Source: an uncultured Gemmatimonadales bacterium (GTDB lineage Bacteria; Gemmatimonadota; Gemmatimonadetes; Longimicrobiales; Gaopeijiaceae). From it: 64,000 nucleotides of DNA. The translations under genes and the position numbers were made by a program. Under the pieces are notes generated by a model. That model had not been told where the DNA came from. It worked only from the letters and a program-made list of their open reading frames with translations, and made no database searches. This document shows, one piece after another, positions 41,385-52,159 of this stretch. Position 1 is the first letter of the stretch. Every line of letters starts with the position of its first letter. Location: assembly GCA_963809895.1 (NCBI GenBank), contig CAWELD010000003.1, positions 768,001 through 832,000 of the forward strand, read 5' to 3'.

Positions 41385-43316
41385 ATGGAGTCGGACGTGT
41401 CACTCCTCGAGCAGATCAAGAACCCCTACGACCTGCGCGCCCTGCCGCGGGAGAAGCTTCAGCAGGTCGCAGACGAGGCCCGGGAGCGCCACATCGACGT
41501 GGTGGCGGAGAAGGGCGGCCATTTCGGCGCGAGCTTGGGGGTCGTGGAGCTCACCGTGGCGCTGCACTACGTCTACGACACGCCGCGTGACCTGCTGGTT
41601 TGGGACACGGGCCACCAGGGCTACATCCACAAGATCCTCACGGGGCGCAACGAGCGGCTGCCCACCATCCGCACGCATCACGGCCTCGCGCCCTTCCTGC
41701 GTCGCGACGAGTCCGAATACGACACCTTCGGCGCCGGGCACGCCGCGACCTCGATCTCCGCGGCCTGGGGCATGGCGGTGGGTCGGGACCTCACCGGCGG
41801 CGACTATCAGGTCGTGGGGATCATCGGCGACGGTGCCATGGGGTGTGGGCTGGCCTACGAGGCGCTGAACAACGCCGGGCACACCGAGCGCAACTTCACC
41901 GTCATCCTCAACGACAACGACATGTCCATCGCGCCGGCCGTGGGCGCGCTGAACAAGTACCTCACCGGCGTGATCACGAATCCGGCCTACAACCGGATCC
42001 GCGACGCGGTGAAGGAAGTGCTCCATCGGGCGCCGCGCTCCCTGGGCGGGCTCATGGAGGAGATGGCGGGCAAGTTCGAGGACGGGGTCAAGCACATGCT
42101 GACCCCCGGGATGCTCTTCGAGGCCCTGGGATTTCGCTACGTCGGGCCGGTGGACGGCCACGACGTGGACGAACTGGTGGACACGCTGTCCCGGGTGCGG
42201 CGCATGCACGGGCCCATCCTGGTGCACGTGCTGACCCAGAAGGGCAAGGGATTCCATCTGGCCGAAGAAGATCCCTGGACGTGGCACGCCGCCTCGCCCT
42301 TCGACAAGATCAGCGGGCACGCCACCAAGAAGAAGGCCGGCCTGCCGCGCTACCAGAAGGTCTTCGGCAAGGGGCTGGTGGAGCTGGCCGACGAGGACGA
42401 CCGCGTCGTGGCCATCACGGCCGCCATGCCCGACGGCACGTCCACCGACCTGTTCTCCAAGGCCCACCCGGACCGCTACTTCGACGTGGGCATCGCCGAG
42501 GGCCACGGCGTGACCTTCGCCGCCGGCCTGGCGACCCGGGGCGTGCGCCCGGTGGTGGCCATCTACTCCACCTTCCTGCAGCGGGGCTTCGACAACATCG
42601 TCCATGACGTGGCGCTGCAGGACCTGCCCGTGGTCTTCTGCATGGACCGGGCGGGGATCGCCGGCGCCGACGGCCCCACGCATCACGGGATCTTCGACAT
42701 CGCCTACATGCTGGCGGTGCCGGGCATGACCGTGACCGCGGGCAAGGACGGTCGCGAGATGCTCGGGCTTCTGCGCACGGGCGTGAGCCACGAGAGCGGC
42801 CCGTTCTCGCTGCGTTGGCCGCGCGACAACGTGCCCGCCGAGGTGCCGAGCATCGCCGAGATCGAGCCCGTGGCGTACGGAAGCTGGGAGGTGCTCAGGC
42901 GCGGGGGCCGGTTGGCCATCCTGGCCGCCGGGACCATGGTGCTGCCCGCCATGGACGCTGCCCAGGAGCTGGCGGCGCGGGGGATCGAGGCCACCGTGGT
43001 GAACTGCCGTTTCCTCAAGCCCTACGACCGAGCCGTCTTCGAAGAGGTGGTGCGGGGGCACGATGCCGTCCTCACCGTCGAAGAGGGCACGATCGTGAAC
43101 GGCTTCGGGGCCTTCATGGCCCGGGAGATCGACGCCTTCCGGCCCGATGGGGGCATCCGGGTGGGCTCCATGGGGATTCCCGATCGCTTCATCGAGCACG
43201 GTGGCCGCGGGGAGCTCCTGGCCGAGATCGGCCTGGACGTGCCCGGTATCGTGGATCGAGCTCGCACGCTGGCCGAGGCCGCCGGCATCACCGGCAACGC
43301 GCGGGAATCGGCGTGA
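41385..43316 (+). CDS. dxs: 1-deoxy-D-xylulose-5-phosphate synthase
   Basis: GGHFGASLG, WDTGHQ.Y.HKILTGR, GDGA, LNDNDMSI, DVGIAE, IYSTFLQR, DGPTHHG. Confidence 0.98.
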   Translation: MESDVSLLEQIKNPYDLRALPREKLQQVADEARERHIDVVAEKGGHFGASLGVVELTVALHYVYDTPRDLLVWDTGHQGYIHKILTGRNERLPTIRTHHGLAPFLRRDESEYDTFGAGHAATSISAAWGMAVGRDLTGGDYQVVGIIGDGAMGCGLAYEALNNAGHTERNFTVILNDNDMSIAPAVGALNKYLTGVITNPAYNRIRDAVKEVLHRAPRSLGGLMEEMAGKFEDGVKHMLTPGMLFEALGFRYVGPVDGHDVDELVDTLSRVRRMHGPILVHVLTQKGKGFHLAEEDPWTWHAASPFDKISGHATKKKAGLPRYQKVFGKGLVELADEDDRVVAITAAMPDGTSTDLFSKAHPDRYFDVGIAEGHGVTFAAGLATRGVRPVVAIYSTFLQRGFDNIVHDVALQDLPVVFCMDRAGIAGADGPTHHGIFDIAYMLAVPGMTVTAGKDGREMLGLLRTGVSHESGPFSLRWPRDNVPAEVPSIAEIEPVAYGSWEVLRRGGRLAILAAGTMVLPAMDAAQELAARGIEATVVNCRFLKPYDRAVFEEVVRGHDAVLTVEEGTIVNGFGAFMAREIDAFRPDGGIRVGSMGIPDRFIEHGGRGELLAEIGLDVPGIVDRARTLAEAAGITGNARESA

Positions 43317-44242
43317 GCCCCGGGGAGCGGCCCATCCGCTCCCTGGGCGTGGTACTGCGCCAGGGGGCGTTGGAATCCCCTCGGATCCTCTCCCGTCTGG
43401 GAACGGCGACGCGCGCGCTGGGCCTGGAGCTGCGCATCGAAGCGGACCGGATGGACGTGGCGCCTTCCGGCGCGACGCCCTTTCAGCCCGACGGCGAGGA
43501 CCTTCCCGATCTGGTCATGTCGCTGGGGGGCGACGGCACCATGCTGCGGGCGGCGCGCATGATCCTGGGCAGCGGGGTTCCTCTTCTGGGCGTGAATCTC
43601 GGCCACCTGGGCTTCCTGACGGCTGCCGGCGCCGGAGAGATGGAGGCCGCGCTGGACCGCATGGTGGCCGGCGACTACGTCCTGGAGCGCCGCTTCACCC
43701 TACGGGCCGATGTGCTGGCGGGCGACGGCTCTCACGTGGTCAGCTTCAACTCGCTGAACGACATGGTGGTCCACAAGGCCGGCGCCGCGCGGGTGGCCCG
43801 CCTCGAGATCCGCGTGGGTCAGGCGGGAGACGAGGAGGAGCTCGGAAGCTTCTCCGGCGACGGCGTGATCGTGGCCACCCCCACCGGATCGACGGCGTAC
43901 AACCTGTCCGCCGGAGGTCCCATTGTTGTGCCCACCATGGAATGCCTCACCGTCACGCCCGTGTGTCCGCACACGCTGGCCGTCCGCCCGCTGGTGGTGC
44001 CCTCGGCGGAGGCGGTGGTGATCCGCGCGTTGGAGCCCGACCCCAGCCTGGTGCTGACCGTCGACGGCCAGGACGGGCGCGGCTTCGAGGACGGCCGCGG
44101 CCTCCAGGACGGGGAGTGGGTACGGGTGCAGCGCGGAGAGAATCCCCTGGAGCTGGTCCGGTTCCCCGAAAACACCTTCGTCACGACCCTGCGCCGCAAG
44201 CTGAAATGGGCCGCCCGCCCGGGGACGGACGACGACGGCTGA
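43313..44242 (+). CDS. nadK: NAD(+) kinase
   Basis: GTG start; LGGDGTML, GVNLGHLGFL, LND, DGVIVATPTGSTAYNLSAGGP. Confidence 0.95.
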   Translation: MSPGERPIRSLGVVLRQGALESPRILSRLGTATRALGLELRIEADRMDVAPSGATPFQPDGEDLPDLVMSLGGDGTMLRAARMILGSGVPLLGVNLGHLGFLTAAGAGEMEAALDRMVAGDYVLERRFTLRADVLAGDGSHVVSFNSLNDMVVHKAGAARVARLEIRVGQAGDEEELGSFSGDGVIVATPTGSTAYNLSAGGPIVVPTMECLTVTPVCPHTLAVRPLVVPSAEAVVIRALEPDPSLVLTVDGQDGRGFEDGRGLQDGEWVRVQRGENPLELVRFPENTFVTTLRRKLKWAARPGTDDDG

Positions 44243-44300
44243 TTTCACGCGTCCCTCAAGAGCATTGAGTCGTCTCGACCCGCGTGGGTATCGTTGAAGC

Positions 44301-45963
44301 ATGCTCATCGAACTGCGCATCCGAGACTACGCCGTCCTGGACGACCTGACGCTCCAGCTGGGCGCCGGCCTCAACGCCCTCACCGGAGAGACGGGCGCGG
44401 GGAAGTCCATCATCGTGGGAGCCCTCTCTCTTCTCCTGGGCGAGCGTGCGGCGTCCGAAGACGTCCGCACCGGCGCCGAGCGGGCGGTGGTGGAGGGCGT
44501 CTTCGACGTGGCCGAGCGTCCCGACGTGGTCGCACGGCTGGAAAGCATGGGGCTGGAGCCGGAAGACGGACTGCTCATTCTGCGGCGCGAAGTCCAGGCC
44601 CAGGGCCGCAACCGTGCCTGGGTGAACGGCTCGCCGGCCACGGCCACCACCGTGGGCGATCTGGGCTCCATGCTCGTGGACCTGCATGGCCAGCACGAGC
44701 ACCAGACGCTGCTCCGCCGGGCCGAGCAGCGCGCTATTCTGGACGCCTACGCCGGCTCGGAAGGCCAGGTGGAGGAGGTGGCGCGACGCCACGCTGCCTG
44801 GCTAGGCACGCGACGCGCCATCGAGGAGCACGAGACGCGGGCCCGGGAGCTGGCCAATCGCGCCGACTTCCTGAGCTTCCAGCTCAAGGAGATCGAAGGC
44901 GCCCGGGTGGAGGACGGGGAAGAGGACGCGCTGGAGGCCGAAGGACGGCGCCTGGAGCATGCGCAGGAGCTGGCCGAGGAGACCACGCGGCTGCACGAGC
45001 TCCTGTACGGGTCCGACGACGCCGTCTCGGATCATCTGGCCGATGCCCGGGCCACGCTCAAACGGCTGGCGGAGGTGGACGAGGAGCTGGCGCCGCTGGC
45101 CCAGATGGCGGAAGACGCCTTCCACGCCGTCGTCGAGGCGGGCCGCGCCGCCGGTGACTACGCGGCCGGTGTCGAGCACGACCCCGGTCGCCTGGAGCAG
45201 ATCCGTCAGCGTCTGGACGTGCTCTTCCGCCTCAAGCGCAAGTACGGGCCCGAGCTCTCGGACGTCATCGCCACGCGCACCCGACTGCGGGCGGAGCTGG
45301 ACGAGCTGGAGGCCTCACGGCCTGGACATCCAGGAGCTCCAGAAGCAGGAGACCTCGGCTCGGGACGCCCTTGCCGAGGCCGCCGATGCCCTCACCCGGA
45401 CGCGACGCGAGGCCTCGGAGCGCTTGGCCGGCGAGGTGGCGTCGCTGCTGCCCGAGCTGGGCATGCGTGACGCCGTGGTGCAGATCGCGCTCATCCCCCA
45501 GGACGAGCCGGGACCCAGCGGCGCAGAGCAGGTGGAATACCGGGTGTCGCTGAACCCGGGCTTCGAGCCGCGCTCCCTGGCCCGCATCGCCAGCGGGGGC
45601 GAGCTGTCTCGAGTCATGCTCGCTCTCAAGGCGATTCTGGCCCGCGAGGACCGGGTGCCGACACTGGTGTTCGACGAGATCGACGCGGGCATCGGCGGGA
45701 CCGTGGCCACGGCCGTCGCGCGCACGCTGCTCCGGGTCGCCGAGCACCATCAGGTGTTCGTCATCACCCACCTGCCGCAGCTCGCGGCACGAGCCGGGGC
45801 GCACCTCCTGGTGCAGAAGGAGGCCCGGGGCGGCATGGCCGCGACCTCGGTGGAATCCCTCGAAGGCGAAGGCCGAGTGCGGGAGATCGCCCGCATGCTA
45901 GGGGGGGATCCCGAATCCGAGACCTCCCGGGACCACGCGCGGGAGCTCATGACCGCGAGCTGA
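44301..45963 (+). CDS. recN: DNA repair protein RecN; one-base frameshift near 45316
   Basis: LTGETGAGKS, HGQHEHQ, LKRKYG; the next frame has ASGGELSRVML, FDEIDAG, ITHLPQ, EIARML. Confidence 0.96.
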
Positions 45964-45994
45964 GCTCGCAGCCGAGCGGGACGCCCGAAGGCCG

Positions 45995-47623
45995 TCAGCG
46001 CCCCCAGAGCCTCCGGAGCAGCCGTCCCCCGAACACCAGTCGGGTGCCTGCCGGCGTGCGCCCGCCGCTGCCCGATACCGTCGTGCGCACGTCGATGAAG
46101 ACCTCGACGCCCTGACCCGCGGCGCCCGGTGTCATGGTGGTCTGATAGGTGAGGCTCCCTCCCACTTCCTGGAAGGTCTGCTCTGTCTCCGCGTCCATGA
46201 CCGAGGCGTCGGGGTAGACCGCGCCCGACGGCACGAACGGCTCGGCGGGCATGAGCGGCAAGGGCGTGGCGAGGCGTGTGTAGCGATCGGAGCCCTGGTG
46301 CAGGTAGTGCCAGGTGAGGCCCAACGACAGGGCGGGGGCCAGGCGGAAGGCAGGCTGGATCTCGAGCTGCATGCGATCGCCGGGGTCCCAGTCCAGCGTG
46401 GCGATGTTGACGCGCGGAACGAGCACCACGTCGGCGGGGGCCACGCGGTCCCTCACGGTGGCCGGCTGCTGGCGGGTGTAGAGCCCCTGGGCGCGGACGG
46501 CGAAGTGGCGGCTCATGAAGGCCGCGTACAGACCGCCCTCCAGGTCGAGCTGGCCATCGGAGGTGCGGGGCAGGAGGATGGCGTCGACCTGGCGCGCGGC
46601 GCCCGTGGGCAAGCGGACCGTGCCCAGTGCCGCCACTTTCCACGCCCGATCGATGCGATTCAGGCTGTCGCGGACCTCACCGGCGAGCAGGCGCACGGCG
46701 ACCCGGGCTTCGACGTCGCCCAGCTCCCAGGGGCCCTGGAGCGTGCCCGGCGGTGCCAGGTAGCCGAAGGGCCCTCCCAGGTCGGTGAGGAACTCGTCCA
46801 GGGTCGGTCCCTGCAGCGGCTCCGAGGCCAGGGGGAGCCCCTCGAGGGCGGTGAGCCCCTGGTCGGTGAGGCGTGTGTTGAGCGCGTCGACCCGGGCGGT
46901 CAGGGCGTCACCCGCCGCGGTGCCCGCCGCCGGAAAGAGCAGCGAAGTGCCGAAGAGCGCCGTGAAGGCGTCGCCGGCGCTCGCCAGATCCGCCGCCAGC
47001 GCCTGGGCGTCGAGGCACGCCTGGCTCGAGGGATCGGTGCCGCACGCGTCGGAGGCCAGCGTCGCGGCCGCACCGGCTCGGTCGGCCAGCGACTCCACGA
47101 ATCCCCGGACCAGCGCCTGATTGACGACCCCGGGATTCACGCCCAGATCCGCCAGGGTGTCGGGAGCGATCTCGAAGGTGCCTTCGAAGCGCGTCTTCAC
47201 CAGCGGGACCGTGACCCCCACGGTGAGCCAGTCGAGGACGCCCACGTCGGCGGAGAAGGGCACCTCGACCCGATTGGCCGTCACCAGCGCCTGGCTGGCC
47301 CCCAGGCGCAGCGGGAAGCCCGAGGCGTCGTCGTCCAGGGCCGCGGCCAGACGCTCACGCAGGTCGGCCGCACCCGGAAAGAAATCCGCCGCCGACGGCT
47401 TGGTGAGGTCGAACCCCAGCGGCTCGAGCTCCTCCACGGTCGAGCCGCCCTCGGTGCGGAGACCATAGCGCTCGGTGGCGTAGTCGAAGATGCCCGAGGT
47501 AGCGATGCGCAGCCGGCCCGCCGGGAGCACCGGATCCGCCATGGACTGGGCCGCCAGGGGAGCCGCCCACAAGGGCAGCAGGCAGCTCACGGCGAGCAGG
47601 GCGTTGCGGCGATGTCGCGGCAT
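45995..47623 (-). CDS. secreted hypothetical protein, probable outer-membrane beta-barrel with a helical insertion
   Basis: Signal peptide MPRHRRNALLAVSCLLPLWAAPLAA-Q; amphipathic strands (VGVLDWLTVGVTVP, LGDVE, RLPTG); C-x8-C helical insert. Confidence 0.6.
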   Translation of the reverse strand: MPRHRRNALLAVSCLLPLWAAPLAAQSMADPVLPAGRLRIATSGIFDYATERYGLRTEGGSTVEELEPLGFDLTKPSAADFFPGAADLRERLAAALDDDASGFPLRLGASQALVTANRVEVPFSADVGVLDWLTVGVTVPLVKTRFEGTFEIAPDTLADLGVNPGVVNQALVRGFVESLADRAGAAATLASDACGTDPSSQACLDAQALAADLASAGDAFTALFGTSLLFPAAGTAAGDALTARVDALNTRLTDQGLTALEGLPLASEPLQGPTLDEFLTDLGGPFGYLAPPGTLQGPWELGDVEARVAVRLLAGEVRDSLNRIDRAWKVAALGTVRLPTGAARQVDAILLPRTSDGQLDLEGGLYAAFMSRHFAVRAQGLYTRQQPATVRDRVAPADVVLVPRVNIATLDWDPGDRMQLEIQPAFRLAPALSLGLTWHYLHQGSDRYTRLATPLPLMPAEPFVPSGAVYPDASVMDAETEQTFQEVGGSLTYQTTMTPGAAGQGVEVFIDVRTTVSGSGGRTPAGTRLVFGGRLLRRLWGR

Positions 47624-47690
47624 CGGGTGTCGGGTGAAATGGACGGTCCGGGGGAGTCGCACAAGATAACAGACAACCCCCCTGGTTGTC

Positions 47691-47719
47691 TTGACACCGT
47701 AAACGTCCTTTTCTACAAT
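47691..47719 (+). promoter_or_regulatory. sigma70 promoter of the tRNA operon
   Basis: TTGACA-N17-TACAAT. Confidence 0.85.
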
Positions 47720-47735
47720 CCGGGCTCACAACCAC

Positions 47736-47808
<73 letters not shown>

Positions 47809-47858
47809 CTCGCAAGGGGGAGCGAAGCGGTCGCCCGCGGAGCTCCCCTTCGCGCATC

Positions 47859-47929
47859 GGCGCCGTAGCCAAGCGGTAAGGCAGAGGACTGCAAATCCTT
47901 TATCCCCGGTTCGAATCCGGGCGGCGCCT
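47859..47929 (+). tRNA. tRNA-Cys(GCA)
   Basis: GGCGCCG/CGGCGCC acceptor stem, GAGGA-CTGCAAA-TCCTT anticodon arm, GTTCGAATC; CCA not encoded. Confidence 0.97.
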
Positions 47930-48120
47930 CTTGGGGCTTCGGGGTTTCCGCGTGTGATGCGCGGAGGCCCCGTTTCGCATTGGGGCATGGGCTCCGGCGG
48001 CGGCCCTCGCGGGTGGCCACCCACCAACGCGGCCCTCGCCGGCGGCCTCGCTCCATGCGGCTCCAGGTCGGCGCACACAAGGCGGGCCACTCGGACCGGC
48101 GCACCGCCGGCGGCCTCGCG

Positions 48121-48289
48121 GTCAATCGCGCAACGGCCTGCTTCCCGGCGATGGATGCGGGATTGGCGGTAATAGATCCGGTCCGGCGCTCGAGCGTTGG
48201 ATCTTGCTTCGCCGCACGCAGGGTTCGCGGCGATTATTGACGCCGCCGGCGCACCGATCGCTGCCCGGACGACGGTCTGCGCGGGTCGT
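48121..48289. repeat. 169-bp tripartite element, copy A (right end degenerate)
   Basis: GTCAATCGCGCAACGGCC...GATGGATGCGGGATT...GCAGGGTTCGCGGCGAT; homologous to 54294 and 55992. Confidence 0.75.
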
Positions 48290-48367
48290 TGGCGTTTGCG
48301 CGTGAGCTGCGCAGCGTGTATGGTGGTGTTTGCTAGTCTCCCCGTCACCCTCTCACGGAGGTGGAAC

Positions 48368-48862
48368 ATGCGGCACCGTATTCTGTTCCCACTCATGGCT
48401 GGTCTCTTCTTGGCGTCAGCACCTGCGCTCCAAGCGCAAGGGTCATGCGGAACCTGCTGGGATGCCACAGACCACTTGGGGAATTGGATGCATGCGTTCT
48501 CCTCGGGGCCCCCAACCCCGCCGCCGAATTATGACCTCGACGACCACATGAGCTATTTCTTCGAGGCAAACGATCCCGAGGACCCTTCTGACCAGGGTCA
48601 TACCTACTGGCTTGGCGGCAAGTGCGTGAGTGCGCATGCCCTCTGTCAGCCGGGAGAGTTCGCTCAACGGTTGGCGAGTAGCACGACAGAGGCAATCGCG
48701 GGGTGGTTGGTGGAGGACGCCAATGTGAGAATCGACCCAGAGAGACCCATCGTTTGGGCGCACTGCAGTGGCCACTTGATCCACCGCGACCTTCCATTCG
48801 CGGTATGGGTCGCTGCGCGGACGGCGCAGGTTGCGGCTGACCTAGGGCTGTCTGCACAATAG
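48368..48862 (+). CDS. secreted Cys/His-rich hypothetical protein
   Basis: GGAGG SD; signal peptide MRHRILFPLMAGLFLASAPALQA-Q; CGTC, MHAF, GH..W.GGKC...H..C, HCSGH. Confidence 0.7.
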   Translation: MRHRILFPLMAGLFLASAPALQAQGSCGTCWDATDHLGNWMHAFSSGPPTPPPNYDLDDHMSYFFEANDPEDPSDQGHTYWLGGKCVSAHALCQPGEFAQRLASSTTEAIAGWLVEDANVRIDPERPIVWAHCSGHLIHRDLPFAVWVAARTAQVAADLGLSAQ

Positions 48863-48981
48863 CGCCCCACTGGGTAGGAACCACTGGCCAACGGAAGAGT
48901 TCGCCCGTGGCCCGGTTGGTTTGACTGGGCCGCGGGCAGCTTCGGCTGATCCACTGAGAGAGATGGGAGGGATAGAAACGG

Positions 48982-51900
48982 ATGCATGTCCGCCGGTACC
49001 TCGGACTCTTCTCGATTCTCGGCATCGCGGCCCTCGGCCTCCTTCCAATCGCCGCCCGCGCCCAATCCCGCACGAGCTCCGCAATCCGGGGCACGGTGGT
49101 CCAGGAAGACGGCACGCCGGTGTCGGGCGCCGAGGTCGTAGTGCGGCACCAGGCCACCGGCGCGGAACGGGCGACGCTCACCAACGCCAACGGGGCCTTC
49201 CTGGTGCTGCTACTCCAGCCCGGCGGGCCGTACTCCGTCACGGTTTCGAATCTGGGCTTCGCCGACTTCCAGCGTGACGACCTGACGCTGCCGGTGGGCG
49301 AGACCACGGTCGTGGACGTGGTGCTGCGCACCGAGGCACTGGAGCTGGAGGGATTGGATGTCGAGGTCGAGCGCCGGGCGCGGGTGTTCGATCGAGACCT
49401 GGTGGGTCCCACCACCCGGCTCAGCGAGCGCGCGGTGGAATCGACCCCGCTCATGTCCCGCGACGTCATGCAGCTCTCGCTCCTGTCGCCCCTTGTGAAG
49501 CGCACCGAGAGCGGGGGATTCTCCATCGCCGGCCAGAACGACCGCTACAACGCCATCCTCATCGACGGGGTGCTGAACAAGGACCTGTTCGGGCTCACCT
49601 CCGGCGGTGTGCCCGGCGGGCAGGCGGGCGCCAAGCTGATCCCGCTGGACGCCATCAGCCAGTACGAGGTGCTGGTGGCGCCCTTCGACGTGCGCCTGTC
49701 GGGCTTCACCGGCGGGGTCATGAACGCCGTCACACGGTCCGGGACCAACGACTGGCGGGTGCGTGCGTCGGCAGTGCACCGGGCCGAGGCGCTCATGGGC
49801 GACCTCCAGCTCGTGACGGGTCCCGTGGATGCCTCGGGCGTGGACCGCTCGCTCCTGGCGCTGTCCGTGGGCGGGCCCATCGTCCGGGACCGGGCCCACG
49901 TCTTCGTGGCCGGGGAGTTCGAAGACCGCAATCACGTGCCGGTGGGCTACAACCTGTTCCGGGACGACGGCAGCCTGATCCGCATCTCCACGGACAAGAT
50001 CACCGAGCTGCAGGACGACTTCGAGAGCACCTACGGCCTGGCCACCGGCAAGGCAGAGGCGTATCCCCTGGGGCAGCGGCTCTCCAACGTGTTCGCGCGC
50101 GTGGACTGGAACATCGCCCGCGGACACCGGCTCACGGCCCGCAACGTGTTCGCGCGGGCCGAGAACGACGAGACGCCCAACCGGACGGGCTTCGATCCCT
50201 ACGAGCTGTCGTCCAACGCCGTGTTCCGGACCTCGACCTCGAACACGACCTCGGTGCAGCTCTTCAGCGACCTCGCAGGGCTGGGCTCCAACGAGCTCGA
50301 GCTCAGCGTGGCCCGGAGCACCGACGAGACGCGCCCGGCGTCCGACTGGCCCCAGGTGGAAGTGGAGCTCATCAGTAGCATCGACGGCTCCTCGTATCAG
50401 CGCTCGACACGGCTGGGCGGCAACTTCTTCGGCCAGGAGAACCATCTCGCGCAGACGGCCTATCGGCTGACCAACTCGCTGGACATCCCCCGGGGCGACG
50501 ACGGCGTGCTCACGGTGGGCGTGACCGGCTCGTACATCGACATCCAGCACTCCTATCTGCCCGGCGCCCGCGGCGAGTACTTCTTCCCGAGCCTGCAGGC
50601 GCTGGAAGAGGACACCCCGTCCCGATACCAGCGCGCCGTGCTGGCGGAGGGCGAGAGTCCGGAGGTGAGTCTCCAGGCCGCGGAGTGGGGATTCTTCGCC
50701 CAGAACCAGATGCGGCCCGGCAAGGGGCTCAGCCTGCGCCTGGGGATCCGCGTGGACGTGCCCTACCTGCTCTCCAATCCCCCGGAGAACCTGGACGTGC
50801 TGGACTACTTCGGCTATTCGACGGCCGACGTGCCCAGCGGCAACTTCATGATCTCGCCGCGCTGGGGCATCAACTGGCAGAGCAGCGGGGAGCACCGCAC
50901 GCAGGTCCGGGCCGGCGGTGGCATGTTCACCGGCCAGATCCCGTACGTGTGGGTGGCCGATGCTTTCCACAACGACGGTCTCCGCTCCTACACCCAGGTG
51001 TGCCGTGGCGACGACACGCCGGGATTCTCGACTTCAGCGGTGCCCCAGGGCTGCGAGACGCACCACAACGTGGTGGTGTTCGAGGACGGCTTCCGGTTTC
51101 CGCAGGACCTGAAATTCTCGGTGGGGGTGGATCACGAGTTCGCCGACTGGATCAGCGGCTCGCTGGGCGCGCTCTTCAGCAAGGCGCTCAACCAGGTGGC
51201 CATCCACGAGCTCAACTACGAGCAGGGCGGGAACCCGGCCCCGGGCTACACGGACTTGGGGAATCGACGCTTCTACGGCAATCGGGGCGCGCCCTTCGAT
51301 CATGTGCTCCTGGTGACCAACGAAGGCGAGGACTGGGGCGCTTCGATCACCGCCGAAGTCCGGGGCACGCTGGCCCGGCGGCTCCAGTTCCAACTCGCCT
51401 ACGCGCTGGCGCGCTCCTGGGACCGCACCAGCCTCGTCTTCGCCGACATGCTGTCCAACATCGGTCTGAACCCGGTGACAGAGAATCTCAACAAACCCCC
51501 ACTGACGACATCCAACTTCGATCGGCCCCACAAGATCGTGGCGAGCGTGTCGGGGCCACCGATCCCAGGTCTCCCGGACACCCAGGTCTCCCTGCTCTAC
51601 ACCGGGCAGTCGGGCCTTCCCTTCACCTACGTCTACGACTTCGATCTGAACGGGGACAGCCTGCCGGGACCCGGTGGCGCGCTCGACCGTTACAATGACC
51701 CCGTCTGGGTGCCCGCCCAGGCGGAGGACCTGCCTGGCACGATCGCCACCCAGATCCTAACGGCCCGGGCCTTGACGAACGACGCGTGCTTGCGAGAGAA
51801 CCGGGGGCAGATCCTGGGGCGCAACGCCTGCCGCGCGCCGTGGGAGAATCGGCTGGATCTGCGCGTCACCCAGACACTCCGGCTGGGCGCGGCCGACGTC

Positions 51901-52158
51901 CGATTCGAGGGCGACCTGGTGAACGTGCTCAACCTGCTCAACGGAAGCTGGGGTACGATCCAGCAGGTTCGCCCTCAGGTGCCGCTCTACGAGCTGTGCA
52001 ACTGCGGTGCGCTGCTACGGTGGGGAGGCGGTGTCCTGCCTCGGAGAGACAAACAGGACCGGGTCGAACCTTCGAACCCTTGGGCGCCGGTCTCCCCCGA
52101 CTCACAGTGGCAGATCCAGCTCGGGGCACGGGTGACTTTCGATCGCGGGAGGCGCTGA
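48982..52158 (+). CDS. TonB-dependent receptor, Oar type with N-terminal carboxypeptidase regulatory-like domain
   Basis: Signal peptide; IRGTV..EDG.PV.GA.V, TNANG.F, PGGPY.V; plug SIAGQNDRYN.I.IDG, FTGGVMNAVTRSGTN; ISPRWG.NW; C-terminal strand WQIQLGARVTF. Confidence 0.92.
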   Translation: MHVRRYLGLFSILGIAALGLLPIAARAQSRTSSAIRGTVVQEDGTPVSGAEVVVRHQATGAERATLTNANGAFLVLLLQPGGPYSVTVSNLGFADFQRDDLTLPVGETTVVDVVLRTEALELEGLDVEVERRARVFDRDLVGPTTRLSERAVESTPLMSRDVMQLSLLSPLVKRTESGGFSIAGQNDRYNAILIDGVLNKDLFGLTSGGVPGGQAGAKLIPLDAISQYEVLVAPFDVRLSGFTGGVMNAVTRSGTNDWRVRASAVHRAEALMGDLQLVTGPVDASGVDRSLLALSVGGPIVRDRAHVFVAGEFEDRNHVPVGYNLFRDDGSLIRISTDKITELQDDFESTYGLATGKAEAYPLGQRLSNVFARVDWNIARGHRLTARNVFARAENDETPNRTGFDPYELSSNAVFRTSTSNTTSVQLFSDLAGLGSNELELSVARSTDETRPASDWPQVEVELISSIDGSSYQRSTRLGGNFFGQENHLAQTAYRLTNSLDIPRGDDGVLTVGVTGSYIDIQHSYLPGARGEYFFPSLQALEEDTPSRYQRAVLAEGESPEVSLQAAEWGFFAQNQMRPGKGLSLRLGIRVDVPYLLSNPPENLDVLDYFGYSTADVPSGNFMISPRWGINWQSSGEHRTQVRAGGGMFTGQIPYVWVADAFHNDGLRSYTQVCRGDDTPGFSTSAVPQGCETHHNVVVFEDGFRFPQDLKFSVGVDHEFADWISGSLGALFSKALNQVAIHELNYEQGGNPAPGYTDLGNRRFYGNRGAPFDHVLLVTNEGEDWGASITAEVRGTLARRLQFQLAYALARSWDRTSLVFADMLSNIGLNPVTENLNKPPLTTSNFDRPHKIVASVSGPPIPGLPDTQVSLLYTGQSGLPFTYVYDFDLNGDSLPGPGGALDRYNDPVWVPAQAEDLPGTIATQILTARALTNDACLRENRGQILGRNACRAPWENRLDLRVTQTLRLGAADVRFEGDLVNVLNLLNGSWGTIQQVRPQVPLYELCNCGALLRWGGGVLPRRDKQDRVEPSNPWAPVSPDSQWQIQLGARVTFDRGRR

Positions 52159-52159
52159 C

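Noticed and set aside
48368..48862. c-type cytochrome
   Set aside because: The motif is CGTCW, not CxxCH.
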